DNA from: the human T2T-CHM13v2.0 reference genome, Homo sapiens
Assembly (NCBI RefSeq): GCF_009914755.1
Contig: NC_060929.1
DNA: 64,000 bases
Reading direction: 5' to 3' (one strand)
In this document: in pieces, positions 13,551 to 27,034 of the stretch
Position numbering within the stretch: the first letter of the stretch is position 1
Layout of the letters: each line of letters starts with the position of its first letter
Notes under the pieces: generated by a model
Database searches by the model: none
The model's input: the letters and a program-made list of their open reading frames with translations, nothing else
What the model was told of the DNA's origin: nothing
Made by a program: the position numbers and the translations under genes

Positions 13551-14039
13551 AAGAAATTCCAGTACTAAAGAGTTCAGTTGGTGAATTGGATCAGACATTC
13601 AAGGATATAATTAAGTAAATTGTACACAAAGTCTTTAGAAAATAGTTAAAAACAATTCTCAACTGAACCTCCACAATGGAGTCAATATTTACACCATAAG
13701 AAGTACTGTTTAAGTGAAGTAATAATGCTACTGTTTGTTTATTTATAATCTTATTTATTTATTTTAATTTAAATGATTCGCTTTCAAGTGATACAACAAA
13801 TTATTGATAAATTTGAGATTATTCTTCATATTCTCAGATTACTTTTTTAATAATCAACTTTTTAATAATCCTCTCATCCTCTGTAACTTGATATTCAAAA
13901 TTATACGGTTTCTAATTTCAAAATACACAATCTCTAATAAGTAGCTTGAAATCTACTGAACCAATTCTTACTAACTTATTTACAGTAAGCTAATTTATTT
14001 TTGCCAATTCTAATTATTAGGTTTGGGATGGTTCTTTCT

Positions 14040-15020
14040 TTTTTTATTTTTTAAAGATTAAAACTTTTTTTAATTTCCATAGATTATTAGGGAACAGGTG
14101 GTGTTTGGTTACATGAATGAGTTCTTTAGTGGTGATTTCTGAGATTTTGGTGCACCCATCACCCGAGAAGTGTACACTGCACCCAATTTGTAGTCTTTTA
14201 TTCCTCACCCCATTCCCACTCTTTCCCCGAGTCCCCAAAGTCCATTATGTCATACTTATGCCTTTGCCTCCTCATAGCTTAGCTCCAGCTTATGAGTGAG
14301 AACATACAATGTTTGGTTTTTCATTCCTGATTTACTTCACTTAGAATAATCATCTCCAGTCTCACCCAGGTCATTGTGAATGCCATTAATTCATTCCTTT
14401 TTGTGGCTGAGTAGTATTCCATCATATATATGATTTATATAATATATATATATCTTATGTATGATGATATATGATACATATTATATATCATATATATGAT
14501 GATACATATGATACATAATATATATGATATATATATGATATATATATTTATATATATCACAGTTTCTTTATCCACTAGTTAATTGATGGGCATTTAGGTT
14601 GGTTCCACATTTTTGCAATTGTGAATTGTGCTGCTACAAACATGCATGTGCAGGTATCCTTTTTGTATAACGACTTATTTTCCTCTGGCTAGATACCCAG
14701 TAGTGGGATAGCTGGATCAAATGGTAGTTCTACTTTTAGTTTTTTAAGGAATCACCACACTGATTTCCATACTGGTTTTACTAGTTTACGTTCCCACCAG
14801 CAGTGTAGCAGTGTTCCTTGTTTACTGCATCTACACCAACATAAATCATTTTTTGATTTTTTGATCATGGCCATTCTTGCAGGAGTAAGGTGGTATCACA
14901 TTGTGGTTTTGATTTGCACTTCCCTGATCATTAGTGATGTTGAGCACTGTTTCATGTTTGTTGGCAATGTACATCTTCTTTTGAGAATTGTCTATTCATG
15001 TCCTTAGCCCACTTTTTGAG
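14040..15020 (-). mobile_element. L1PB (PB1-3) 3' end with internal AT-rich expansion
   Basis: L1PB 3' UTR and ORF2 C-terminus in antisense; AT-rich insert at 14421-14558. Confidence 0.87.
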
Positions 15021-15045
15021 TGGACACTAATAGTTTGAGTTTTTC

Positions 15046-15240
15046 AATTAGCCAGGTGTGGTTATGGGCACCTGTCGTCCTAGCTACTCAGGAAGCTGAG
15101 GCTGGAGGATCACTTGAGCCCAGGAGTTCAAGGTTACAGTGAGCCATGATAGTGCTGGGTGACCAAGTGAGACCTTGTCTTGAATAAACAAACAAACACA
15201 TGAATAAATAAATAAATAAATAAATGAATAAATAAATAAT
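15046..15240 (+). mobile_element. Alu right monomer (FRAM/AluJ) with (AAAT)n tail
   Basis: aattagccaggtgtgg...ggaggatcacttgagcccaggagttcaagg...gaccttgtct followed by an A-rich tail. Confidence 0.85.
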
Positions 15241-15346
15241 GGCTAAAATATATATTCACAGATTCCCGTTTGATTATTCCTACTTTTACTATACAATTTT
15301 GCCATGGTTAAGTCTCATTATTTTTTCTGATTTCAAGTTTCTAAAT

Positions 15347-15754
15347 CAGGAATTGGAAAACTATGTCTCCTGGGTAGGGTTGCTTGATAAAATATAGGAG
15401 GCCCAGCAAAATTTGAATTTCAAATAAACAACACCTTTTTCTTAGTATAAATGTGTTCCATACAATATCTGAGACATACTTACACTTTAAAAATATTTTT
15501 ATGACATGCAAATACCATTGACTGTCCTGTATTTTTATTTGCTGGCAACTTTTCCCATGGGCCAAATCCAGCCTAGCAGCTGTTTTATAAATAAGGTTTT
15601 GTTGGAACATGGCCGCTCTTCATTCTTATGCCTTGCTTGTAGCTACTTTTGCACTACAGTGGCAAAGATGAGTAGTTGTAGCAGATATCAAATAGCCTAT
15701 AAAGTCTAAATATCGATTATCTGGTTGTTTACAGAAAAACCTTGGCAATCTCTG
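15347..15754 (+). mobile_element. MER58A (hAT-Charlie) interrupted by MER53
   Basis: caggaattggaaaactatg...gggccaaatcc...aaataaggttttgttggaaca...tttacagaaaaaccttggcaatctctg. Confidence 0.8.
15375..15553. mobile_element. MER53 palindromic hAT MITE
   Basis: TIRs tagggttgc...ggcaact, internal aaatttgaatttcaaataaacaac; 8-bp TSD ctcctggg (15367-15374) / cccatggg (15554-15561). Confidence 0.8.
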
Positions 15755-16309
15755 ATCATAATGATAATAATTTGTAATATAATATTTGTATCATCTGATT
15801 CTTTACTCAGTTCCTATCTCCTTTTGCATTGATATGATTGATAGATAGATGATAGATACATGCCATAAGAGTATTGCAGACTTCTCCTGCTTAAAGTGAA
15901 TGTATTCATTCTCCCTTGAAGTTACTTCTTTTCCTATGAACAACATCAGTATTGACTACATTACCAATAATATGTGACCCATACCTTAACCCACAGATTT
16001 GTTTTGCATGTGTGTGGGGGGATGGGGCATGGGGAGTAAGGTCAGGATGTAATGAATCAGAAGCAGGTAGTTTCTAGACCCTTAGGCTTCTCATGTCCAT
16101 TTTTGTCATTTTATATTGATTCTATTATTTTGTTACCTCAAAAATATGTCTCCTTTTTTATCATGAAAACCCACTAAATTCTCTTCATCAATGCTACTCT
16201 AGATTGCAGCTCCTTTGCCCTATAACTCAGTATAACCACATCAGATCTAGCCTTCACAGTGAATCAATATCTTTCTGCAGGTCAGCAAATTGTACCAAAT
16301 CTTAAAATA

Positions 16310-16450
16310 TTCCCCTTAATATGTATTTATTTATCAAAGATATTAATATATATTGAAGGCCTACTCTGTGCAAAGCAATAGTTTGGATGCTCAAGATATA
16401 TCAGAGAATTTAAACAAGTATTTACCCTTGACCTTTTAGGGATAATAATC
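16310..16450 (-). mobile_element. L2 3' end fragment
   Basis: atttatttatcaaa...tattgaaggcctactctgtgcaaagca. Confidence 0.55.
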
Positions 16451-16747
16451 TATCAAATACATCAATATAAAAATGATTAGAAGTAACTTCATTATGAGGA
16501 TTTACTAGATGTTATATATAACATCAGAGTAAACAGACTTCAAATTTAATAATATTGTCCAAGGACAAATAACGATTAATTATGGAGCCAGCATTTGAAA
16601 TTCCATGGTTTACAATCTAAGAACTCAGACTGTGAGAAAGAGTTCCTTCCAATAACTAGTCTTTGTCACTGAACTTGAAGACATAGTCTAAGAGAGTAGG
16701 GCTATGTGCTCTCGCCAGTCTAACACAAATTAAGCTACTACATATAT

Positions 16748-16894
16748 ATTTGAGACAGGGTGTTGCTCTGTTGCCCAGGCTGGAGAGCAGTGGCACGATT
16801 TTTGCTCACTGCAACCTCAACCTCAACCTCCTGTGCTCTAAAGGTCCTGCTGAGTACCTGGGACAATAGGCACGAAACACAAAGCCCAGCTAAA

Positions 16895-16941
<47 letters not shown>

Positions 16942-16946
16942 GAGAT
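16748..16946 (-). mobile_element. AluJ right-arm fragment whose linker has become (GT)20
   Basis: tttgagacagggtgttgctctgttgcccaggctggag...cccagctaaattt, then (GT)20 at 16899-16938, then atagagat. Confidence 0.8.
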
Positions 16947-17078
16947 ATATAAAATATTATATATTATATATAAAATATTATACATATTATATACAAATAT
17001 ACATATTATATATAAAATATATATAATATATAAAATATTATAAATAATATATAAAATATTATATATATTATATATAAA
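16944..17078. repeat. AT-rich minisatellite (~19-bp unit tatataaaatattatatat)
   Basis: Tandem degenerate units read directly from the sequence. Confidence 0.9.
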
Positions 17079-19182
17079 CAGCCTATTTTAAAAGTGTATA
17101 AAATTTTCTTTATACTATTTGGATTTTTTCATCTCACTGAAGAGTCAATGCAGTTATCCATCATTTACCAAGCTTTTAAAGGCCAGGCTGACATTATATA
17201 TACACATTTTATTTCCATGAAAGTGGACAGAGCTAGTTATTTTATTCTTACATAAATATTGTGCCATTCTCTACTGTTTCATTGCACAGAACATTTTTTG
17301 TATTCAGACTCAGTATTCCATGACAATACTGAATACATAGGATCAGGAGCAAGGGGTGCCTTTTGCTTAGATGCATAAAACTGTAGAATTCTGACATTTT
17401 ACACTTTTGATATTAATTTACAAATAGTGTATTCTTTGGTGGAGATAATTTGTTTAAAAGTAGATAATGTCATTTTATTAGCTCAGCCAACTTCTTTGTC
17501 TTTTGCTGTTTTTTATTCTAAAATTTATTATTAATCTTGGGGCTTCCAATATTAATATCCAGAATTATATCTAGAATTTTTCTTTTTCCTAAATATAGTT
17601 GCTGTGCCCAATCCATACCAAGTTACTGACTATTTCCTATATTTGTCATGATTTATCACAGCGTTGAATCTTTATAATTTTTCTAAAACCTGAAATACTT
17701 CTATCTATATATATTTTTGATATTTAAACTTTGTTTAAATTTTAAATTCTAATTCAATTAAAAACTTTGAATAATACGTTTCTTATCTCATTGCCATAGC
17801 AGTTTGCACTAGTTTTTTTTTGTGTTTAAATGTCATTTGGACAGAGAAGATTATGTATTTACATTTATAATGTCATATAAGCATCCATTCAGTTTATCAA
17901 ATTTTACTTATTTTAACTTATTAAACATAATGGATACATTGTCAAATTTATTTATGTCACTTAAGTTGAACACTGATTTGCAAACTACATTTATCCACAG
18001 TGAGCTTTTATTTTTTCAGTGATTTAAAGTTACTTGAAATCATTATATTAATAAATATTATGCTTTTTGGCTACTAGGATTAATTTTACAAAAATACTAA
18101 TGTAAATTAAAATAAGATCATTACATTTGTAATCTCCTATTATTGGGCCTAACTTGTCTAGAAGCTATCGTTATGACCTCCTACTCTGACTTGGCAATTT
18201 CTTCAATTTATTATTATTGTTATTATAACCACTACTAAGTTCATTATGTTTCTAGAAACACACCTTGATTTTGCAATCTTTTTAGGGTATACCAGTATAG
18301 CAAAAGTATTAATTCACTTCAATTCTTAGTGCCATTATTTTTTTGTTAACATAAAGCACTGTTCATTCTAAGCCATATGAAGCCAATGGTGGTGGTGTAA
18401 TGTCCTCTCAATTTTAGTGATTCAAATTTTTGTGAGAAGTGAATGAATAATACAACAAAAAAGTAGTGCTTTTCGTATCATGTACAAACTTTTTCAAGAA
18501 AATAAATACAGTAAGTAAATAATAAATAACTGATTATTCAGCTCCTGATGTAGTTTATGCAAACAGTGAATTGGAGGGAAAAATTGGCTTAACTATAAAA
18601 GTGGGCTTTGAGGTAGAGTGATATTTGTATTGACTTAGTCCATGCTGCCTAATACTTAATACAAAAAAAGAAAAAAAAGCAGGTTGGCAGAGAGTAGAAG
18701 TGAAAACAGCTCATTGTGCCATCTGTAGAGGGGCTTTCTAATGACATGTCACGATTACAATGTTTCCTGTTTCCCTTTAAATGTCAATTATCCTTATTAA
18801 GAAGTTAATTCATAATAACGACTCTCATTCATTTCTAGAAGAACATGAATAGTGAGCTCATAATTCAATTTGTTATTACAGTTAAACAAATTAACTTTAC
18901 TTGGCCTAAAGTGCTCTTCTCTGATCAAGCATACCTTAATATTTAACAGATATAGATTATTAATGAGCTTATTGATTCACTTCATTGAAAACAGTTAAAA
19001 TTCACATTAGGAGGTCGTGATAGAGACACATATGACTGACTGTGACTAAATGCAAAACTTGGACACTCTAAGCCAATTCTGTTATAATTTATTTCCTCTG
19101 GCAGGCTTGAAAACATAAATTATTCTGTGAACCTTGTATGCCTCTTAAGGACTAGACACATGTAACAATATTTAACATAACA

Positions 19183-19485
19183 GGTCAGCCATGGTGGCTC
19201 ACACCTGTAATCCAGCACTTTGGGAGGCCAAGGCGGGAGAATCACCTGAGTTTGGGAGTTCGAGACCAACCTGACCAACATGGAGAAACCCTGTCTCTAC
19301 TAAAAATACAAAATTAGCTGGTTGTGATGGCGCATGCCTGTAATCCCAACTACTCGGGAGGCTGAGCAGGAGAATCACTTGAATCCGGGAGGTGGAGGTT
19401 GCAGTGAGGTGAGATTGTGCCATGGCACATTGTGCTCCTGCCTGGGCGACAAGAGTGAAACTCCATCTCAAAAAAACAAATAAAT
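19183..19485 (+). mobile_element. AluS (Sp-like)
   Basis: gggagttcgagaccaacctgaccaacatggagaaacc, ggcgacaagagtgaaactcc, A tail; shared flank taacata. Confidence 0.93.
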
Positions 19486-19600
19486 AACATACTTTAAAAA
19501 TTTTAAGATTAATTAAATAAATATGTGCCTAAAAATATGAGGAATACATTACTATATATAAATTGGTTATTAACGTATAAAAATAAACAGATATGCTAGG

Positions 19601-22600
19601 AGACACAGAGCAAGATGGTGGAATAGAAGCCTCCACTGATCAACCCTCCTGCAAGGACATCAACTTAGCAACTATCTACAAAATCAAAGCGCCTTTATAT
19701 GAACCAAAAATCAGGTGAACACTCATAGTACCTGGTTTTAACTTCGTATCTGAGGCACTGAAGAGGTAAAGAGTCTTGGAACACTGACACCATCACTACC
19801 CTATCCCCTGGCAGCAGTGTTGGCATGCTATGGATAGATTTTCTGTGTGCCGATGAGAGGGTGAGAGCAGCAATTTTGAGGTAGTGAATTCAGTGCTGCT
19901 TTATTATAACAGAAAACAAAACCAGACCAAACTCAACTGATGCCTACCCATGGGGAACATATAACGAGGCCTACCCAGAGGGGACTCACCGATCCCAGTA
20001 GTCTGAAATTGAGTTCCTGCAAGCCTCACCACTGTGGACAAAAGTGCTGTGGAGCCCTAAATAAATTTGAAAGAATATCTAGGACAAAAGGAAGGCAAAT
20101 CTTAGGTAAGGCCTAGTGCTTAACTGGACCTGAGACAGTGGAATGGTGGGGCACGTGACCTATTGAGACACCAGCCACGGTAGGCAAGTGAATGCTGGCA
20201 GCACCCATCTCCTAAACCCAGGATCCACAGCTCATGGTTCCAAAAGAGAACTCTTCTCTAGGTGTGAAGAGATAAGAAGGAAGAATGGGGGAGTGGCAAG
20301 AGTAGGGAAGACTTTGTCTTGCATCTTGGATACCAGCCCAGCAACAGCAGGATAGGGCACCAGTCAGAGTCGTGGGGCCCCCTTTCCAGACACTAGCTAT
20401 AGAATGGCATTCCTAGAAGTACGCTGGCTCAGAAGGGAAAAGAACCCAGTCCTGGAAGCATTCATAACATGCTAACCAAAGAGCCCCTTGGCCTTGAATA
20501 ACCAGCAGTAAAACCAAGTTACTATGTTGAAGGCTTTGGATGAGCCTCTGAAACTTCCTGGCTTCAAATGAGATGCAGACCATTAGAGCTGTGGTGGATA
20601 TGGGGCAGGACTTCTTCTACTTGAGAAAAGTGGAGGAAAAAGTAAAGAGGAATTGATCTTGCACCTTAGGTACCAGCTCAGCCACAGGAAGGCAGAGAAA
20701 GCAGAGCATCAAGCAAGTTCTTAGGGTCCCTGATTCCAGGACTTGGCTCTTGAATGGCAGTTCTGGACCTGCCCTGGGCAAGACTTTAGCTCACTGCCCT
20801 GAAGAGTGAGTCTCAGGCCAGGTAGCATTCATCACAAGCTGACTAAATAGATCTTAGGCCTTAAAGGATCATCCGCGGTAGTCTGACAGTACTCCTTGTG
20901 GGTCCGTGGTGGCCGTGGCCATGGAGGGAGGCTCGTTTGACTTTAGAAAGTGGAAGGAAAAGTGGGAAGGACTACATCAGGTAGAACATGGGGTTCTAAC
21001 ATATTTTAATCTAGTCCATGAATCCCAAACAGGACCTCTGGACCCAACCGATGCCTGGGGAACTCACCACTCTGAAGAGAAGGAAACGGTTCTGGCTAGC
21101 CTTGCTTTTCCTTTCCATCTGCTGACTGTGGAGACTCAGGGACTTCAACAAATGTAGGCAGTAGCCAGGAAGTGGTTACAGCAGGCTAGATAATTCTTCC
21201 AGGCTTGTACAAGACCAACAAGAAGTTACCTTTACAAGTCTTCAAAAACCACAACGTTGCTGGGCTTGGGGTGCCCCTGAAGTAGATAAAGCTGAGATCA
21301 CTACACACAAGTCATTTCAAATATCTAAATAGCCTTTCATGTAAAACAGGTAAAAACAAGCCCAGACTAAGAAGACTACAATAAATACCTGACTTTTCAA
21401 AGCCTGGACACAAATAAATATCAAGTATCAAGTCTATCCAGGAAAACATTAACTCACCTAATGAAGTAAATAAGCATCAGGAATCAATACTGGAGGAACA
21501 GAGATATGTGGCATTTTCAAACAAAGAATTCAAAATAGCTGTGCTTAGGAAACTCAAAAAAATTCAAAATAACACAGAGAAGAAATTGAGAATTCTAAAA
21601 GTTAAATTTACCAAAAAGATTGCAATAAGTAAAAAGAATCAAGCAGAAATTCTAGAGCTGAAAACTGCAATTGGCCTACTTAAGAATGTGTCAAAGTCTT
21701 TTAATAGCAAAATTGATGAAGCAGAAGAAAGAATTATTGAGCCTGAAAACAGGCTGTTTGAAAAAAAACAGAAGACACAGAAGAATAAAAAACAATGAAG
21801 CACATCTACAGGATCTAAAAAAATAACCTCAAAAGGGCAGGTCTAATAGTTATTGGCCTTAAAGAAGATGCAGAAAAATAGATAAGGGTAGAAAGTTCTC
21901 TTGAAGGGATAATAACTAGAACTTTCTAAACCTAGAGAAAGATATCAATATCCAAGTACAAGAATGTTATAACAGCAAGCAGGTTTAATCCAAACAATAC
22001 TTCTTCAGGCATTTAATAATCAAACTCCCAAAGGTTAAGGATAAAGAAAGAATTCTAAAAGCAGTAAGAGAAAAGAAACAAATAAAATGCAATGGAGCTC
22101 CAATATGTGTGGTCACAGACTTTTCAGTGAAATCCTATAGGTTAGAATAGAGTGTCATAACATATTTAATGCTCTGAAGGAAAAACTTTTACTCTAGTAT
22201 AGTATATCCAGTGAAAATATCTTTCAAACATGAAGGAGAAATAAAGACTTTTCCAGATAATAACCTGAGCGATTTCATCAACACCAGAAATGTCCTGGAA
22301 GAAATGCTAAAGAGAGTTCTTCAATCAGAAAGAAAAGGGCATTAATGAGCAAGAAGAAATAATCTGAAAGTACGAAACTCACTGGTATTAGTCAGTACAC
22401 AGAAAAACACAGAATATTATAACACTGTAATCGTGGTGTGTAATCTACTCTTCTCTTAAGTAGAAAGTCTAAATGATGAACCAACCAAAAATAATAACTA
22501 CAACAGCTGTTTAATGCATAAACAGTACAATAAGACATAAAGAGAAACAACAAAATTTAAAAATTAGGGGGACAAAATTAAGACAGAGAGTCTTTATTCA

Positions 22601-25600
22601 TTTTTTTACTTGATTGTTTATGCAAATAGTATTTAAGTTGTTGTCAAATTAAAATAATGGGTTATAAGATAGTATTTGCCACCCTCATGGTAAACTCAAT
22701 CCAAAAACACATATCAGAAACACAAAAAATAAAAAGCAAGAAACTAGTCATATCACCAGACAAAATCACCTTTATAAAAAGGAAGACAAAAAGAGTAGCA
22801 AGGAAGAGAAGACCACAAAACAGCCAGAAAACATATTGTTAAAATGGCAGGAGTAAGTCTTTACTTATCAATAATAACATTGAATGTAAATGTTATTATT
22901 TACATTCCAAAGTCTCCAATAGTATGGCTGAATGAATGAAAAAACAAGACCCACTGATCTGTTGCCTACAAGTAACATACCTCACCTATAAAGACACATA
23001 GACTGTAAATAAAAGGATAAAAAAAAAGACATGCCATCCCAATGGAAACCAAAATAGAGCAGGAATGGCTATACTTATATCAAACAAAATCGATTTCAAG
23101 ACAAAAACCATAAGAAAAGATAAAGAAGGTCACTATATAATGGTGAAGGTACCAATTCAGCAAGAGAATATAACAATTTTAAGTATGTATGCACTCTATT
23201 CTGGATCACCCAGATATATAAAGCCAGTATTTTTAAAGCTGAAGAGAGATATAGGCCCCAATACAATAATAGCTGGAGAATTTAATACCCCACTTTCAGC
23301 ATTGGACAGACCATCCAGAAAGAAAATCAATAAAGAAACATCACACTTAATTTGCACTATAGAACAAGTGAATCTAACATATATTTACAGAACATTTCAC
23401 CCAATGGCTGCAGAATACACATTACTTTCCTCAGCACTTGCGTCATTTTCAAAGATAGACCATATTTTAGGTCACAAAACAGGCCTTAAAACATTAAAAA
23501 AAGAAATAATATAATACAACTTCTCTGACTATAATGGAAAAAAACTAAAAATTAATAAAATGATAAACGTTGGAAAATATATAACTACATGGAAATTAAA
23601 CACTATGATCCTGAATGGACAGTGGGTCAATGAACAAACTAAAAAGGAAGTAGAAAAACTTCTTGAAATAAATGACCATGGAAACACAACAAACCAACAC
23701 TAATGGGATACAGAAAACATAGTACTAAGAAGGAAGTTTGTAGCTAATGCCAACATCAAAAAAATAAGAAAAACTTCAAATAAATAACCTAAGGATGTAT
23801 TTTAAAGAAATAGAAAACTAAGAGCAAGCCATACCCAAAATTAGTAGAAGAAAATAAATAATAAAGATCAGAGCTGAAATAAATGAAATTGATAAGAAAA
23901 AAATACAAAACTTCAATTAAAAAGTTGTTTTTTAAAAGAAAAATGAAATTAACAAACCTTTAGCTAGATTTAAAAAAAAAGAGAGAAGACACAAATAAAT
24001 AAAATAAGAGTTGAAAAAGGAGACATTAAAAACTGATACCACAGAAATTTAAAAGATCATTAGTGGCTACTATAAGCAACTATATGCCAATAAATTGGAA
24101 AATCCAGAAGGAATGGACAAATTTGTAGACATATCCAACCTACCAATATTGAACCACAAAAAAAACCAAAACCTAAACAGACCAAAACAAATACGAAGAT
24201 CAAAATAGCATTAAAAAGTCTCCAAATAAATAAAAACCTGAGGCCTGAGGGCTTTATTGCTGAATTCTAACAATCATTTAAAGAAGAGCTAATACCAATT
24301 CTATTCAAACTATTCTAAAAAATAGAGGAGAAAAGAATACATCCAAATTCATTATACAAGGTCAGTATTACCCTGATACCAAAACCAGACAAAGACACAT
24401 CAAAAAAAGGAAATCAAAGAAAACTACAAGCCAATATTTCTTATTAATATTGATGCAAAAATCCACAACAAAATACTAGCAAACTAAATTCAACAATACA
24501 TTAGAAAAATTTTTCATCATAACCAAGTAGAATCACTTTATCCCAGGGATGTGAGGATGGTTTAACATTTGCAAATCAATGTGATACATAATGTCAATAG
24601 AATAAAGGATAAAAACCATGTGATTATTTCAATGGATGCTGAAAAAGCATTCAATAAAATTCAACATTCCTTCATAATTAAAAGAAACTAAAAAGAACTG
24701 GATTTAGAAAAAAAATTCCTCAATAAAATAAAAGACATATATGACAGACCCACAGCTAGTATCATACTGAATGAAAAAAACTGAAAACCTTTCCTCTAAG
24801 ATCTGGAACACGACAAGGATGCCCACTTACACCACTGTTATTGAACATAGCTCTGGAAATCCTACCTAGAGCAACTAGACATAAGAAAGAAATAATGGGC
24901 ATCCAAATAATAAGGAAATAAATCAAATTAGCCTTGTTTTCAGATGATGTGATATTATATTTGGAGAAACCTAAAAACTCAACAAAAAACTATTGAACTT
25001 ATAACCAAATTCAGTAAAGTTGCAGAATACACAATCGATATACAAAAATCAGTGGCATTACTGTATGTCAACAGTGAACAATCTGAAAAAAATAGATTAA
25101 AAAAATCTCATTTACAATAGTCACACATAAAATTAAAAGCATTGGAATTAATGTAACCAAAGAAGTGAAAGATCTCTAAAATGAAAACTATAAAGTCCTG
25201 ATGAAAAAAATGCATAGGACACCAAAAAATGAAACATATTCAATCTTTACATATTGGAAGAATCAATATAGTTAAAATGTTCATACTACCCAAAGCAATT
25301 TACAAATTCAGTGCAATCCCTATCAAAATACCAATGACATTGTTCACAGAAATAGAAAAGAAAAACAATCCTAAAATATATGTAGAAAAACAAAAGTCTG
25401 AGAATAGCCAAAACTATCCTAGGAAAATAACAAAACTGAAGTAATCACATTACCTGACTTTAAACTATACTACAGAGCTAAAGTAACCAAAATAGCAAAG
25501 TACTGGCACTAAAACTGACACATAGACCAATGGAACAGAATAGAGAACCCAGAAACAAATCCATACACCCACCGTGAGCTCATTTTCAACAAAAGTGCCA

Positions 25601-27034
25601 AGAACATATATTCAGGAAAAGACAGTCTCGTCAATAAATGGTGCTGGAAAAATTGGACATCCATATGCAGACTAATGAAACTAGACCCCTATCTCCACCA
25701 TATACAAAAATCAAGTCAAGTGGATTAAAGACTTAAATCTAAGACCTCAAACTATGCAAGTGTTACAAGACAACACTGGGGAAACTCTCTAGGACATTGG
25801 TCTTGGAAAAAAATTTTGAGTACTACCTCACTAGGACATGCAACCAAAGTGGAAAAAAAAAATAACTGGTAAATGGGATTACGTCAAGTTAAAAAGCTTC
25901 TACACAGCGCAGGAAACAATGAACAAAATGAAGACACAACCTACAGAATTGGAGAAAATATTTGCAAACTACTCACCTGACAAAGGATTAATAACCAGAA
26001 TATATAGGGAGCTCAAACAACTTCATAGGAAAAAATCTAATAATCCAACTTAAAAATGATCAAAAGATTTGAATAGACATTTCTAAAAAGAAGACATACA
26101 AATGGTGAACAGGGATATGAAAAGGTGCTCAACATCATCGGACATCAGAAAAATGCACATTAAAACTACAATGAGATATCATCTCACCCCAGTTAAAATG
26201 GCTTGTATCCAAAAGACAGGCAATAATAAATGATGACAAGGATATGGAGAAAAGGAAACCCTTGCACATTGTTGGTGGGAATGTAAATTAGTACAACCAC
26301 TATGGAGAACAGATTGGAGGTTTCTCAAAAAATTAAAAATTGAACTCTCATATGATCCAGCAATCCCACTGCTGAGTATACACCATAAGGAAACGAAATT
26401 CGTAACGGAGCTATCTGCTCTCCCATGCTGCAGCACTGTTTACAATAGCCAAAATTTGAAGCAACCTAAATGTCCATCAACAGGTGAATGGATAAAGAAA
26501 ATGTGGTACTTATATACAATGGTGTACTGTTCAGCCGTAAAAAAGAATGATATTGTGTTATTTGTAACAAAGCGGATGAAACTAGAGGTCATTATGCTAA
26601 GGGTAATAAGTGAGGCACAGAAAAGACAAACATCTCATGTTCTCACTTATTTGTGGCATCTGAAAATTGAAACAAATGAACTCAGGAAGCTAGAGAGTAG
26701 AAGGATAGTTACCAGAGGCTGAGAAGGGTAGTGAGATGGAAGGTGCAGGAGGCTGGGACAGTTATGAGTTAAAAAAATTATAAAGAATAAATAAGACCTA
26801 GTATTTGATAGTAAAACAGGGTCTATAGTTAATAATTTAATTGTACATTTTAAATATCTAAAAGAGTATATAATTTGATTGTTTGTAACACAAAGGATAA
26901 GTGCTTGAGGGGATGGAGACCCCATTTTACATGATGTGATTATCACTCACTGCACACCAGTATCAAAACATCTCATGTACCCCATAAATATATACACCTA
27001 TTATGTACCCACAAAAATTACAAATTTTTAAAAA
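19601..27034 (+). mobile_element. Apparently full-length, inactivated L1MA2 (~7.4 kb)
   Basis: 5' end gagcaagatgg..gaatagaag; ~1.8-kb 5' UTR; ORF1 remnant (21508-21798 FKIAVLRKL); ORF2 start atggcaggagtaagt at 22844 with EN fragment 23065-23514 and RT/C-terminal fragments; L1MA2-type 3' UTR ending tatgtacccacaaaaatt. Many stops and frameshifts. Confidence 0.9.

Larger units (their letters stand above)
11990..13670 (+). mobile_element. Old L1M ORF2 remnant interrupted by L1PB and AluJ
   Basis: A-rich ORF2-like sequence (aaagaaaattagaaaatatttt, gcaaaagcagtgcttagagga, gaaaatctgaataac) that resumes after each insertion. Confidence 0.6.

Noticed and set aside
12378-15020. Two same-orientation L1PB 3' ends as a tandem duplication
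   Set aside because: They differ at many positions, including subfamily-like ones, and have unrelated flanks and lengths, so independent insertions are more likely.
19199-19471. Alu-derived ORFs (also 13261, 29406, 29427, 41162, 57536)
   Set aside because: These are typical Alu translations with no exon or splice evidence.
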